A stretch of 58,459 nucleotides of DNA, filler included, from Circinaria calcarea (GCA_051942165.1; 7 parts of 7 records of this genome joined end to end with filler, not necessarily neighbours in it); one strand, 5' to 3'. Numbered from the whole stretch's first letter, positions 13,522 through 25,895 are shown. A program made the numbers and translations. The notes: generated from the letters alone by a model not told the origin.

Positions 13522-14445
13522 ATGGGTAGCTATCGGCTACCGATAGCTACGAATAACCCGATTGACGATAATCTGGACGAATGGAAAGATTTGTTTGTCC
13601 CAACGCTACCGGGAATTGACGACGATGCTTGCGAGGAACTGACGGCGGTCATAAGCTCTTTGAAAAACTAGCTAGCTCTTTAAAACCATCGGCGACCACC
13701 TCAGCGAAGACTACTCCATCTACACGGCTGACTTAGATCGAAATAGCAAAGAGATATCGTGATGAAATCGCTGAGTATAACCCTATCTTCTCGCCGGTTT
13801 TAGGGATATCTGAGGTCCCTCCTGCTCATTTAAGATACTGCGAAATGGATCAAGAGTGTAAGCGAGAATTCTGGGAAAAGTTGTGAACCGTTGAGGCTGC
13901 AACCGAAATCTACTGGTTTGCCACCAATGTGATAGCTTTGGACCCTAACGTGGGTGACCAAGACATGGGGATTTTCATGAGTACAACATTTATTTCCACG
14001 GCCAATTGGACCTACGGATACATGGTAGCGTCACGTTTAAAACAAGCTCAGATTACGAATTGCCCTTATAAGCTCGTATGTCGGAACGCCAGAATTCCCG
14101 TCGAAAGCTCCCAGGCGTACCAGCTATTCAAGACGATACCAAATCAGATGTTTCCCGAAATAAGAGGGATGGAAGCTGTGCTTTGTCCGTAAATAGGTTG
14201 CGGTTTTAAATATGAGACTCAAAACGTCCCCGTTTTTACCGATGTTAAAAGAGATGAGAAATTTTTTTAAAATCAGCTGTAATCCGATATATAGGCCAAC
14301 TTATTGCTGATCCGGAACTAGGGGCTAAATAGCAAAGATTACCGTCCTCGGACGAGGAGGACGAGATCTGCAATGAGATTGGCAATAAAATGGGAACAAA
14401 AGCAAAACGGGCGAGACTGTAAGGATCCTTTACGAATAGTATGAT
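13522..14445 (+). pseudogene. RIP-like degraded gene of unknown family
   Basis: Protein-like frame (…EIAKRYRDEIAEYNPIFSPV…EFWEKL*TVEAATEIYWFATNV…EKFF*NQL*SDI*ANLLLIRN*GLN) with isolated TAA/TAG/TGA stops explainable as C>T of CAA/CAG/CGA, plus an apparent frameshift near 13665. Confidence 0.55.
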
Positions 14446-15135
14446 ATTCTTACGGTTAAGGGTCGGTAAATTGTTTGATGATGTGCTCAATTGGTTCGCA
14501 TAGCGTATGAATTATTGCTAAAGAATTCTGGTGTAACGCTTCGCAAGAAAACCTTCCTCGCTAAGCCAGTACCTCGTGACCTCGGTATATAGTTCACCCG
14601 TAGGGTTCGTAGGGGTCCTCTGGTAAAGACCCTTACAAAATACTTCGATTTTCAGCCTTTGCTATAAGTGCGTTCGAAATGTACACAATCTGCGGTTTTA
14701 CCTGCCCAATCGCTATAGCTCTCTCGATCTGCCACGCATTATGCCCTTCGATGCCGGATTTAAACTGTGGACTCCGCCCAGCCATCTCAAATAAGGCAAG
14801 GAATAATCATTAGCCATATCTATATGGGGAGCCGAGTATTGCTTTGGTCCACTGCATCAATAGTACATACGTGAGGCAACCAATAACTTTTACTTCCACC
14901 TGTAGTCTTCGCTTGTAGGTGCTTACATTCCGTGCTGGTGGCCGTGGTAACATGTAACATATCGGAAGACTTTCCGACAACTGGCATAAAACTTTCGGGT
15001 GCCCCTTGAGTATCCCAGCAGTAAAACCATATTTGGGAGTTGTATACATTTTGATCCTCATCCCAGGCATGCTTTACTGTCCGAAACGACCCCTCGAATA
15101 TTACTTCCGGATCGTGATCAAAAGGTACCGGTGAT

Positions 15136-16655
15136 ATGGCCATGGAAATACAACCATGTCGCTCCTACTCAGACCTCTTGTTGCCTTCAGCATTATGGCA
15201 AAGCCGTTGGCAGCACCCGATCATAGTGGTGCTCACAGCAATTTGTGTATCATGTATAGTAACACGCCTGGTCACGTCTCTCAGATTCGAAAAAGCATGT
15301 CGAAGCAAGGCGGATGCGAAAACAGCGCCAACCCTTTCTTATTCAATCCCTATCGTTGGGCATGCCTTCCTGGGCTTGGATATCGTTGGGTTTAACTTCT
15401 ATATTGCGTCCGTCATCTCTTGCGGCCCAAGGTAATCTATATCGCAAAGCTGACTGAGAAAAGAGAGCGATTCCGGGCATTTCCTATTCGAATACGAGTC
15501 TTCATGACCGACATCTACATCATCACAGGTCCCGATTGGATCAACTCAATCTGGAAACAGTCGCAGCTTCTGCGTAACGGAGTCTACCGCCGCCTCGTTG
15601 TGTACAATATGTTCGGCATGCCTGGCGATGCCGCAGCATTTTACCTCAACGACGACTCGGGAATCCACACCACTCCATCCCTTCATTCCAGAGTTGATCC
15701 CAACCACGAGGTCAAATATCTCACACATCTTTCGCTGACAAAGTTCCTTACTGGCTCTGGCCTAAAGCCATTTGCCGAGGACTTTGCTGCAAACCTGACC
15801 GAGCAATTCATCGCCCGAAACGAGGTGACTACTGAGTGGAGCGATCTGCCAGACCTTTTCACCTTCATGCGAGATGAACTTTTCAAGGCGACCACAAAGG
15901 CAATCTGTGGAGAATATTTGTTTACCCTTAACCGCACATTTTGCCAAGATTTCTGGGAGTTTGACAAAGGTATACCAACTCTGGCGAAGCACTTTCCACG
16001 TTGGATAGCGCCATCGGCCTATGCAGCACGTGACAAGTGCCTGGAGAGCGTCATGGTTTGGCACAAATTCATCCAAGAGAATCTTCAAAATAAAGCTTCG
16101 ATTCAGAACCCCGAAGAGATCGGCAGGATTGCCAGCACGGAGTTTATGAAGTCCAGGCAAGAAATGTGGTCGAAAATGGAATGGATGAGCGCTGAGGGAA
16201 TGGCTTCCGAAGATCTTGGGGTCATTTGGGGGTAAGTGTGCAATTCTCCAAGGCTTTACGGTGGAAAGAGTAGGACTGGAGCGACTAACTATTCTCCTAG
16301 GGCAAACGGTAACTCAATCCCATCGGCCTTCTGGCTAGTCCTAGAAGTCTTCCGGGATGCTTCCCTTCTTTCAAGTGTGCGGCAAGAAACGGCAAGCTGC
16401 CTCGTAGCATCCCAATCCAGTTACCCTAGATTCGACCTTGCTAGTCTTTGCTCGAAGCCGCTTTTGCAGTCGATTTACGCAGAGGCGTTGCGCCTCTACG
16501 TCTCAACGTCCATGATCCGCAGCCCAGGGGGCACGGATCTGAGACTCGGAGAATGGATCATACCAAAGGGAGCGCTGATTATGATTCCTAGCTTCGTTGT
16601 ACATCGAAATCAGGCGCTCTGGAGTGCTGGCCCGGACGGATCCCGAGCCGTAGAG
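15136..16655 (+). CDS. Cytochrome P450, CYP7/CYP8-like fungal group; 3'-truncated (exons 15136-15407, 15464-16231, 16301->16655)
   Basis: N-terminal membrane anchor followed by PTLSYSIPIVGHA, FWEFDKG, I-helix WGANGNSIPSAFW and K-helix EALR. Two GT-AG introns restore the frame. The heme-Cys motif lies beyond the contig end. Confidence 0.9.
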
Positions 16656-16755
16656 NNNNNNNNNNNNNNNNNNNNNNNNNNNNNNNNNNNNNNNNNNNNT
16701 TAATTAATTAANNNNNNNNNNNNNNNNNNNNNNNNNNNNNNNNNNNNNNNNNNNN
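16656..16755. other. Artificial contig spacer
   Basis: N44-TTAATTAATTAA-N44. Confidence 0.98.
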
Positions 16756-17555
16756 CCCAAGTAGGACGTTAGTTTAGAAAAAAACCCCCCTAGAAAGAAA
16801 ATCTGCCATATATCTGAAAACATCAAAAAGCTTGAAATGAAAACCCACCTCACCCATGCCGGAGTTACAGTAGAAACATCGATCATCATAAATAAACCCT
16901 ACTCCGTATCAAAATCTCCCCTTTCATCCTGCTTGGGAACTCGCACCCCCGAACTGATCAGGCGTAAGAATACTACACAAGGTATATATTTTCATCCATC
17001 CCCACGGTTTTTCCACGGGTCTTCCTCGACGAGTAATCAAATCAAGTAATCAGGCATCTCCCGGGGGGGAGGGGGAGGGTAGCTTTTCTTCTCGCCTTTG
17101 CAAACCTACCTCCCCACCTACCCTTGTTTCATTTTAACATGTATGGTAGCATTAGCGGAAGCAAGAAACCAACGTTAGGTCTACTGAAGAAGAAAACCCC
17201 CTCCTAAACATAAAATTCCGGTAATCTTACGTACGTACTGCGTACAATCTCTTATTCTCCAATGTTTTCCTCTACTCCGTACGCTATACACTATACACTA
17301 TATAAACTAAAAGTGGAGTGGGGAAAACTTTAGCCCTCGACTACCTTACTTACGTACTTAGTTAGCTTACGGTGAGAATTATCCCGAGTAGGGATTCTTA
17401 GTCGAGAACGAACAATAATGGGGAAACTGGGAATTTATGATTCCAAAAAAAAAAAAAAAATTCTGAGATCTAAAAACTCGTCTAGTGTAAAAGCCATAGA
17501 ACCTTTGTAAAGGCCATCTATCCAACCAATACCCTGTCAGACAACCAAACCCTCC

Positions 17556-18919
17556 TCACCCGCCATCTCCGCTCCACTCTTCCTCTGTCCAGCCCAGCTC
17601 CTCAATCTCAACCACCCCACTGACCTCTTTTTCCTCGTCGACAATTCCCAAGATCGTCCCTTGTTTCAAAAACCGCTTTCCCCGCTCGCCCCGGCGCATG
17701 TCCATGATCCACTGCTTTGCCTCCTTAACAGTACTGGAACCAGGGATGGAAATCCAATCTTGTTTTTCAACAACTGTCCCTTCTTCTAGATGATGGATCT
17801 CCCGGTCAAGGTTGGATGGGTCACGGCCGAGTTTCTGGATGATACGAGGACCAACTATAGTCCTCGAGGAAAGACGCACCCAGCCGGAAGAGGAACGGGC
17901 CGCTGTCAGGAGGATATCGAGAACTGTGAGCGAAGTAGAGGCACTTGAGTGGCGACTTTGTATTCGCGCAATGGGCACATCAGCGACCATTGCCGCTAGT
18001 TCCGCCATCCTTTGGGGGCCTTTTGAGACGGCAGCCCCAATCGCGCCACCGGGATGATACTTATGGAATACATCTGCAGGCGAGGAATGAAGGCGATTTA
18101 GTACCGCCATGGCGAGAGCATCACCAATGGTAAGTGCGACGGTTGTAGATGTAGTCGGTGCTGCAAGACCAAACGAGACGGTTTCGGACACGGGGATTGG
18201 AGCAGGAAGGAGTATGCAATTCGAAGGATTTCGATGGTGGAACAAAGGACAGGTCGAAGGGTTTATGTGAGAGGTGATGGCGATTAACGGAACAGATGGG
18301 CGGATGTGTTGTAGCAGCGTCAGAAGTTCAGCTGTTCGACCGGAAAATGTTATCAAGAGGAGGGTATCATTCTGGAACGATGAACGTCAGTACCGCTGGT
18401 ACATTCGGCGATAGAGACGTGTAGACCAACTTCACCAATCACCCCCAGATCGCCATGGAGCGCTTCAGTCGGATGTAAAAATGTACTACGAACGCCAAAG
18501 CTGTTCATTGTGGCCACCAACTTCTCTCCAATCTTCCCGCTCTTGCCCACCCCGCTGATGACTACCTTCGCACCGCGATGTATCGTCTTTGAGATTGCGT
18601 GAACGGCGCTCATGAACCCTTCCTGAGCAATTGAATTGGTTTTGTATAGATTCTCCAGGTTTGTCAGTCCGTCTCTTTCTGTCGCAATGACATGTAAGGC
18701 CGTCCGGAGAGCACCTGCATTGCTGGCAGCGTCGAGTATCTCATCGGCATCTGGGGGGGTCATGGGCAATGGCGGAATTGGCTCACAAACATGTGGCAAC
18801 GTCGTGGGCTGCAAAGGGGATACAGGCGTCAGGGGCTGCTGCCGGTGCATGAAGGCAGCCATCATCGGTCGATCTTCCATTGTTGGATATGTACAGGACT
18901 CGTAGAGGAAAGAAACCAT
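17556..18919 (-). CDS. SIS-domain sugar-phosphate isomerase-like protein (KpsF/GutQ family) with a degenerate CBS-like C-terminus; intron 18430-18372; start at 18919 or 18880
   Basis: KpsF-type motifs SGVGKSGKIG, FLHPTEALHGDLG, ITFSGRT, APTTSTTVALTIGDAL, FHKYHPGGAIG. C-terminal ILGIVDEEKEVSGVV resembles a CBS strand. Confidence 0.9.
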
Positions 18920-20174
18920 GTGCTGTTGGCGATGACGACCAGGTGTCGAGCACTGACGGTGGCTTACCGCAAAGAAATGGACAGCCCGTCAGGCGAACGG
19001 ATGAACAGTTGAGCATGGCATGATGCTTAAGTGTCGACCTGCCCCTCGAGATCAAGGCGACCGTCCCCTTCTTTTCAACCACGCCTTCTTTCCAGCAGTT
19101 GTTGTTTTTCTATCCTTTTTTCTCCACCAAATGAAGGAGTCAGATCAAGCCTGGGCAAGCCGCGCCGCCAAGTTTCGATATCTAAGCAAGATTGGCCTAG
19201 CGCTGTCGTCCAATGGCCAAACATGTGCACTCGAGGCTAAGGCAAGTAATCATGTAGGGTCAAGGCACCGCCCGAGGTTGTCAGGTAGTTCGCACGCCAT
19301 CGCCAGCCCCGGGTCGGAAGCTGCAGCGACAACTCTGGAGAATGCGTAGGAGGTGGGAAGTTTGGGCGGTGTGCATGCTGGTGCTTGACGCTGCTAGAAT
19401 CTTCCTCCCGCAAACGGCGACGAGGTGACCTAAACCGCAAGGATGAGGTGGACACGTCATCGACTCTCGGAATCTCGCCGAAGCGACAGCCGACCTGGGG
19501 TCCTGCATATCTCGCTCCCTACTTGGAGTCGTGGACTCGAATCCAGCCATGGGAGCTGGGTCAAAGGGTCCTCGTACAAGTACTTTAGGGCAATTGTGAT
19601 ACATCGTACATTACCTTATCTTCAGCAGGGAGTTCATGCAGGCCTGACGGGAGCGGATCAACGACCAACCGATTACCCTCCGGCGTCTGGGCTATCATCA
19701 AAAGTCATGCAAGGCACAGTCATCATCGACTCCTCGGCCTTAGCAGGGCGTCAACGGTCCCGGATCGAGGGACGAAGGAGGTGTCCTGCAACCTTTCCGA
19801 CAGCTACGAGCATCTAATCCCTGCACAAGCGAAGCAATCTTGTGTGGGAGAGTCTCACTCAAAGGCACACGGTCAAAGATAACAAGTCATTTGTTCATTA
19901 AGCTACCAAAGCAATCTCATTGGAGATGTATCCAACCAAAGCTCCGGGTCACACCAAGAGTGAGTCCCGTTACGCCAAAGGTCATCCAGCATCCGTCCTA
20001 CAGCTCAGGGTCGATTCCATAGTCCCTTCCGCCAGTAGCCAACGAGTATCCGTCCTCGCTCAGGGCATAGTCCCTTGCGCATCAGACTTCATCCGCTCCG
20101 TCGTAGCAATCTGCTTGAAGAAATTCGCATGCACGTGAAAAAATTTCCGCCAGGTCAGACATCTTCGACATCGT

Positions 20175-22722
20175 TCAAGAGAACATTTTGAGGTATCCAG
20201 CTCTGATGGATTGATGCCACTCGACTGCAGTAACATTGCTTCCTGTACTCTCCTCCCCGTGTCTCACAGCAGCTACTTCGGCTAGCCCCTGCAATCCACT
20301 AGGGTCGGTGATTGTAGAGTCAGTGTCAGGCTGGTCGGGCTGTACTGGCTGTCGTAGTTTCTTGTTGATCTTATCAGTGATAGCCATTACCCACGTACGA
20401 TTGCCATGCTGAACACCGTTCTGAAGGGAAGAGAGCGACGGGTTCCGATTCTGCTGCATTGCCTTTCGAAGATCGAGCAATCCTTGCCGAGCCTCGCCCT
20501 TGGTTTCCTTAACGTCCATCAAGTTTATCAAGGTGGCAGCTAAATGGGCGACGAAGTGATGCGCCAACGGAGTGATGAGACCTCCGTTGTCGAGCAACAT
20601 GTCGACAAAGCTCTTTGCGTCAGCTGAGACTTGTTTGAAATCCGTCGGAATTTGTTTGTCGACGAGTAAGTCGACGTGCTTGTAGGCCATAGACGTAATT
20701 GGGTTCGGTAATTGAGCCATCTCGATCGAGCCGCGGAGAGTTTCGACTTGCCCCGAGAGGGTCTTGATCGCAAATTCTTTCGGAGTATCGGTCGATGGAG
20801 TATAAGGCAACTCAGATAAATGACCAAGTACGACGGAAAGGCCTTATTGAACTGTCAGCAATGGTATATCATGGCCGGGTCATAACATGAAGCTTACGTG
20901 CAAGGATGTAGAATGACTTTCCAAGTACTCTGATATCTGTCGATTCCATCCTAGCTAGATATTCTTGGATCTGTGGGACTTCTCCGATGCTCGCAGCATG
21001 CCATCTATCGAGTACCACCAAAGACCACCAAGTTCGTCGACTAACAAGTTCAACGGTGTTCTGATTCGCCGTATCGCGATGCTTCGTTACGGAATCAGAG
21101 GGTAGTTTAAGGTACTGAGCGATAGAATTGGCCATGAGAAGCCACGTGCCCTTTGGGACAGTAGTCTTGCTAGATGGTCCGCTCATATCAATGGAGATAA
21201 CCATAAGCAGTGTCGTCTGGAGATAGACCAGATTGCTAGCATAGCTACGAGAAGACGCATCGGAAGACATTACATCTTTAAGCAGGTCATGCACAGCGAT
21301 CATTCCGTGACCTTCCTGGTTTCCTAAAGCTGGGTTCGGAGTGGCTTCACAGACTGCCGAGTAAAGTGCCTGTAGAAAAGCTTCGCGGATTGGCGTAGAG
21401 ACTGAGCTTAGGAATCCACGGAGGAGATGCTTGTCCTGGACTATGATGGGAAAAGTAGGATGAATTGTACGATAATATCTATAGCTCAAGTCAACAGTGC
21501 ATACCAAAGAATGACCAATCAATAATCTACTCGTCAATAAGGTTTTCCTTCCAAACAAAGGCAACATCCGCGAGCTCATTGCTTCCACTCATCTGCGTGT
21601 CATCGGTGTTAATTCCCTGTTCCACCATCTGAGGTGGGCCGACTGCAGGTGCAGCACCGCTGGAAGTCATGACCGCGTTTGGTGCGTTGTAGTTGAGCTC
21701 TGTGTACCCTGATGGTGCGATTTGAGGGTGATAAGCTGGGCTGCTGTATGGAGGTGCGTACAGCGCTTGTGTTGGCGCGTTCCAGCCCGGCGGCGGAGGA
21801 TACCTATCCTGCGCTAGCTGTGTTTGGTTGTGGTTGTAATCTGCAGGCGAGAGGCCTTCCGAAGTGGAATGGTTTCGCTTACGGGGGTCGCGATTGGGAT
21901 CAATGTTTGAGTTGCCGGTATATTCTTGCAATACCTGCGGCGATGGTTGTGTGGACCCTAGGGCCGGGCCGATCGCTTGCTCCACGTTCTGGAGACGATC
22001 TGCGAGTTCCCTAATGTACCTGTGGTAGCGGCTTAGCCATTTTGTTCTAATAGGTGCAAAGACGCTTAGTCAGGTTGAGTTTGTTATTACCCTTTGCTAG
22101 GTCCTCTCTTCTGGGGCACTTGGCTGTACTGACAGACTGCAGCCGTCCGCACGCAGTTAGAGCACTTCTCGTTCTCTTGTGTTGCCTGGCCGTCTGGTGA
22201 TCCAGCAAACTCGCAGCGAATCTATACGTTGTAAGTACAGCCCAGCCTTGTGAAGACTTTGTTGCAAGGTTGTTTCTCTCATACCTTTTTACGTCTGCAT
22301 TCGTCACAAGCTCTTGATACCTTTGATTTTTTTGCCTTTACTGCAGAGTCTTGAACACCTGCCGCAGGGTCTGCATGTCCTGCATTTGCTGTCATATTCG
22401 ACTCTTGTTGAGCCATCTGTGCAGCCATCATGTGGCTGTAGGGCTGCGTTTGTTGCGTGAATGGGTGTTCCCCATATGCGCTGAATGCCTGGGGGGATGT
22501 CTGTTGCCTCTGCTCGGCGCGTCCCATGGTTGGCTTGACATTCATGTTGGCACTCACATCGACACTCCCATGAGGGCCCGTATGCATCTCTCGGGAGAAT
22601 TGTTCTGACAGCTCTAGTTGTTCCTCCGTTTCGGTAGGAGGCGCACGGCGTGATGGTTGATTGTAGAAAGGATGGCTGCTGTCGCCCTGACCGGGTGATG
22701 GATAGCGAGTGCCTTGCGTCAT
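20175..22722 (-). CDS. Zn(II)2Cys6 transcription factor, Rgt1-like (glucose-responsive TF family); 5 exons (introns ~22284-22222, 22090-22020, 21531-21479, 20897-20843)
   Basis: Spliced binuclear cluster VSRACDECRRKKIRCE…CSNCVRTAAVCQYSQVPQKRGPSKGYIRELADRL resembles Rgt1. The middle homology region has YYRTIHPTFP and RRTWWSLVVLDRWHA. Confidence 0.88.
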
Positions 22723-25025
22723 GTTGAGAGTGGCTTGACGTTCATGCACTACCTCTTTGGTTTACGATTGGAAAAGCTCCTGGACTGACGCCAAGGAGCA
22801 GGACTTGCGGTCGGAGCAAGTCGAGATGTGGTAAACCGCGCAGCTGGGGTTGAAGTCAGCAGAGAGTCGCTGGAGCTGTCTCGACGCGTCACGACAGAGG
22901 GTGAACGGCAGGCCATGGCGACAGAGCTTGAGAATGCAGTTCTGGAGTGGAAATGTCAAGGTACTTACGTTCCGATTAGCTTTGGATGAGGTCCAAGGAC
23001 AGGAGAAAGAATCGTCCGTTTCCGAGAAAGGATGTGAGGATGGACCGACAAACCGTCCGACACACGGCTTGACTTGGACGGAGGAGAGGTGGACACCCTT
23101 GCGACACGTTTGGATGGTGCAGAGTTAGTCTGGAAGGGATTTTGCGTGTGTGGGAGTCAGGCGAGGGGGATCGACCGCTAAACGGTAATAGGCAAGGCGT
23201 GGGCAGGGGCTGGATGTGAAGCATTTCGTCTACCGAGTAGATAATCAATGGCTGGGGAGCAATCTACCAAGACTCAGGAGCCCTCATGTCATGGCAAAGG
23301 AGGGCTTGCAGAACGATGCCATCTCCATTGAAGACTGGGAGACCAGAGGGGTATTGCTCTATACCCCTTGCCAGCTCGAAAGACGAGTACCCCTGATCAG
23401 CTCGAAAGGCGAGTAACCCTGTTCCAACTATCCGACAGAAAAGGCTGGTGTATCTGGGTTTCTATCGAGGGTCAGGAACCTTGGCTTCCAAGAGAGGTCG
23501 AAAATGCCGCATCCTGGCGCCCTACTCGATGCCATTGACGGGTGACTATAATATTACTTTAGGCCATCAAGACTCTATGCAGCCAAAGCAACGATTTTGT
23601 AGAAGGCCCTCTTGGCATGCTACTCCTGATTCAATTAGGCCGCCCGCAAGAAAAGAGAGACAGGCAAGAAAATACATACCTAAGCCTTTAGAGAGTCCAA
23701 CTCCTACTGGATCGCGGGTCCGGCACTGTACCATACTCAGCAAAAACTCCGCAGATAGCCAACCAGAGCCAGCAGATGTTTCAATACGTTGAAATACGTT
23801 GAATGTCATAAAAGTCACTCGGAGCAGATACGTCTCTCTTTGGGAACCAGGGATCCCCCTTCTCTACATGCCAACTACCTACTAAATTACGCCCGAGACT
23901 CTCAATCCTGCCTCTTGAAACGAGAAAATAACCCACCCCTTTTTTCAATATCAACTCTCCAACTCAACCCCTAACCTGCCCGACCACCAAACGCAGCCCA
24001 ATCCAGCTACAAACCCTCCACCTGCAAAATCTCTCCAGAAAAGTCTCCCACATAAGGTATCCAGAAAAGACACAACAGCCCCAGCAAAAAAAGAGTCAAG
24101 AACCAGTGCACCCACACTAGACATTCTCCCCCAAATTGAAAACCCTACGGATAACGTATCGCATTCCTGCCCGTCGAGCTCCGTCCTCATTCACGAATAT
24201 TTCCTCTTTAAAAGCCCCCGAGACTCTTGATTCCAGTCCTATTCTATTCCATATATCCCAAACATTGCCCCATGTTCCAGTTCCCCGATTTCTAGTTCTC
24301 AAATGCCTACCCTACCGAGCTGTATCCATCCTTCCCCTCCCTAAACCACCAAGAATCACCCAACCCCAATAACATAACCCAACGACAGACCAGGTTCCTG
24401 AGCTGTTGCTGCAGTGTAGTAGTACTTGGAAAAGCTAGGCGAAAGGGTTTACTCACGCCCGCTGGGGAAGGGAAAGACTTCCCCCAAGGACGGACGAAGG
24501 AAAACCGGGGCAAGCATTTATCAATAAAACTGCCACTGACAAATTTCCTAATACCTACTTGTTTACCCCCCCCTTTTTGTCCCATTCACCCCTGAAATAA
24601 AAAGTAAAATCACTGTAGAATAATTTCTTACGTAGTGTTTCTAAAACCTACCAATTAATTACTAACCAGCCAAAAGCAGTACCCTCTAACAAACCCCAAA
24701 AGAATTATATAACCCCTCTCCGGGTGTCTAAATCCCGGCACGGCGCACACTTCTAGCGGTCGCAACATATGGAATAAAAATGCTCTCCCCGGGAGAGGGG
24801 GGGGGGCCGAAAAATTTGCCAAGCAGGAAAAATTAGTTCTAATTCTCTAGACGGCTGCCTGGTGCATACCCAATTATCCCAATCTGTCAAACCTTTGCGG
24901 TTAGATCCTCGGGCGGACGTTATTCCGCCCGTGCCCACACATAAATAGATTCTTCTGCTGCGTTACACACGCAGCATAGCAGTCATACACGCAGTTGTAA
25001 TAGAACTCACTCTTTCACTTGTTCA

Positions 25026-25125
25026 NNNNNNNNNNNNNNNNNNNNNNNNNNNNNNNNNNNNNNNNNNNNTTAATTAATTAANNNNNNNNNNNNNNNNNNN
25101 NNNNNNNNNNNNNNNNNNNNNNNNN
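25026..25125. other. Artificial contig spacer
   Basis: N44-TTAATTAATTAA-N44. Confidence 0.98.
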
Positions 25126-25349
25126 CAGGGTTAGGAAGGTGGATGGTTAGGAAAGTGCTGTCTTTTCTCTCCTTCTTCTAGACTTTTTCCCTCTTCTGGA
25201 TTTTTTCAAGGGGATTTTTTTGGTTGGAGGCGATGGGGATGGGGATGGGGATGGGCGAGGGCGAGGGCGTGAGATTAGGGGATAGAGGATAGGGCCTATC
25301 GTAACGGTTGGCTTTTTTCGTTCTACGTGAGGTGCTTTGTACATTTCTA

Positions 25350-25895
25350 CTGATAAAATGCTCCTTTTAACCGTTCTCCAAATTTCCGGGAAAGAAATCG
25401 CCCAGATCGAAGGATTTTTTACTTCGATATCCAATACCTTAGACATTTTCCGAGGGTACCCCCCATCGGCCACTAGCTTTCGCATGTTCTGTCCAAAGCA
25501 ACGGCTAATAGCCTACATCTGGCATCTTCTGGCAGTACTGTAGCGCGCTCTAGGATGATCGGGTGGAGCGGATGGCTGCTCAAGGTGAGGTTTTGAGGAA
25601 TCGAAACTGTTCCGATGCATGGATAGGGGAAGAATATAAAGGCTTTGTCTCTCTGGAGATTTGTCGATATCAGATGTTGGTGAGCGTAGGTATAAGTACG
25701 CCGTCGAACGTAGGTGAAGACGAAGAAGTACTCGCTCTAACATGTGGGACAAAGAACCTGATCTGGCGGGATGTGGCTGTATCCTTCCAGGGGTTCCCGT
25801 GCAGCTGCCGGGATTGCCTGGATCTCGTTGGTAAAGCATGCGCTGACGTCCACCGTCCTAGTGATATCAGGCGTTTTGTCGTCGTTTTTGCCCAT
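25350..25895 (-). pseudogene. SAM-dependent methyltransferase (AusD/Trt5-like fungal family) with several frameshifts; may be an intact gene with contig-end sequencing errors
   Basis: Stitching frames gives MGKNDD…IPAAAREPLEGYSHIPPDQV / LSHMLE / (intron) RDKAF.FFPYPCIG / QFRFL / NLTLSSHPL…ILER / …FGQNMRKLVADG, the signature of this family. Indels often sit in homopolymers and increase toward the contig edge. Confidence 0.72.

Noticed and set aside
10771..14445. Alternative genetic code or stop-codon readthrough explaining the in-frame stops
   Set aside because: All three stop types occur along with frameshifts, and intact genes in the window use standard stops; mutational decay is simpler.
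18920..20174. Rgt1-type CGGANNA sites (18998, 19654, 20089) upstream of the SIS gene
   Set aside because: About 2-3 are expected by chance in 1.26 kb on both strands, so there is no enrichment.
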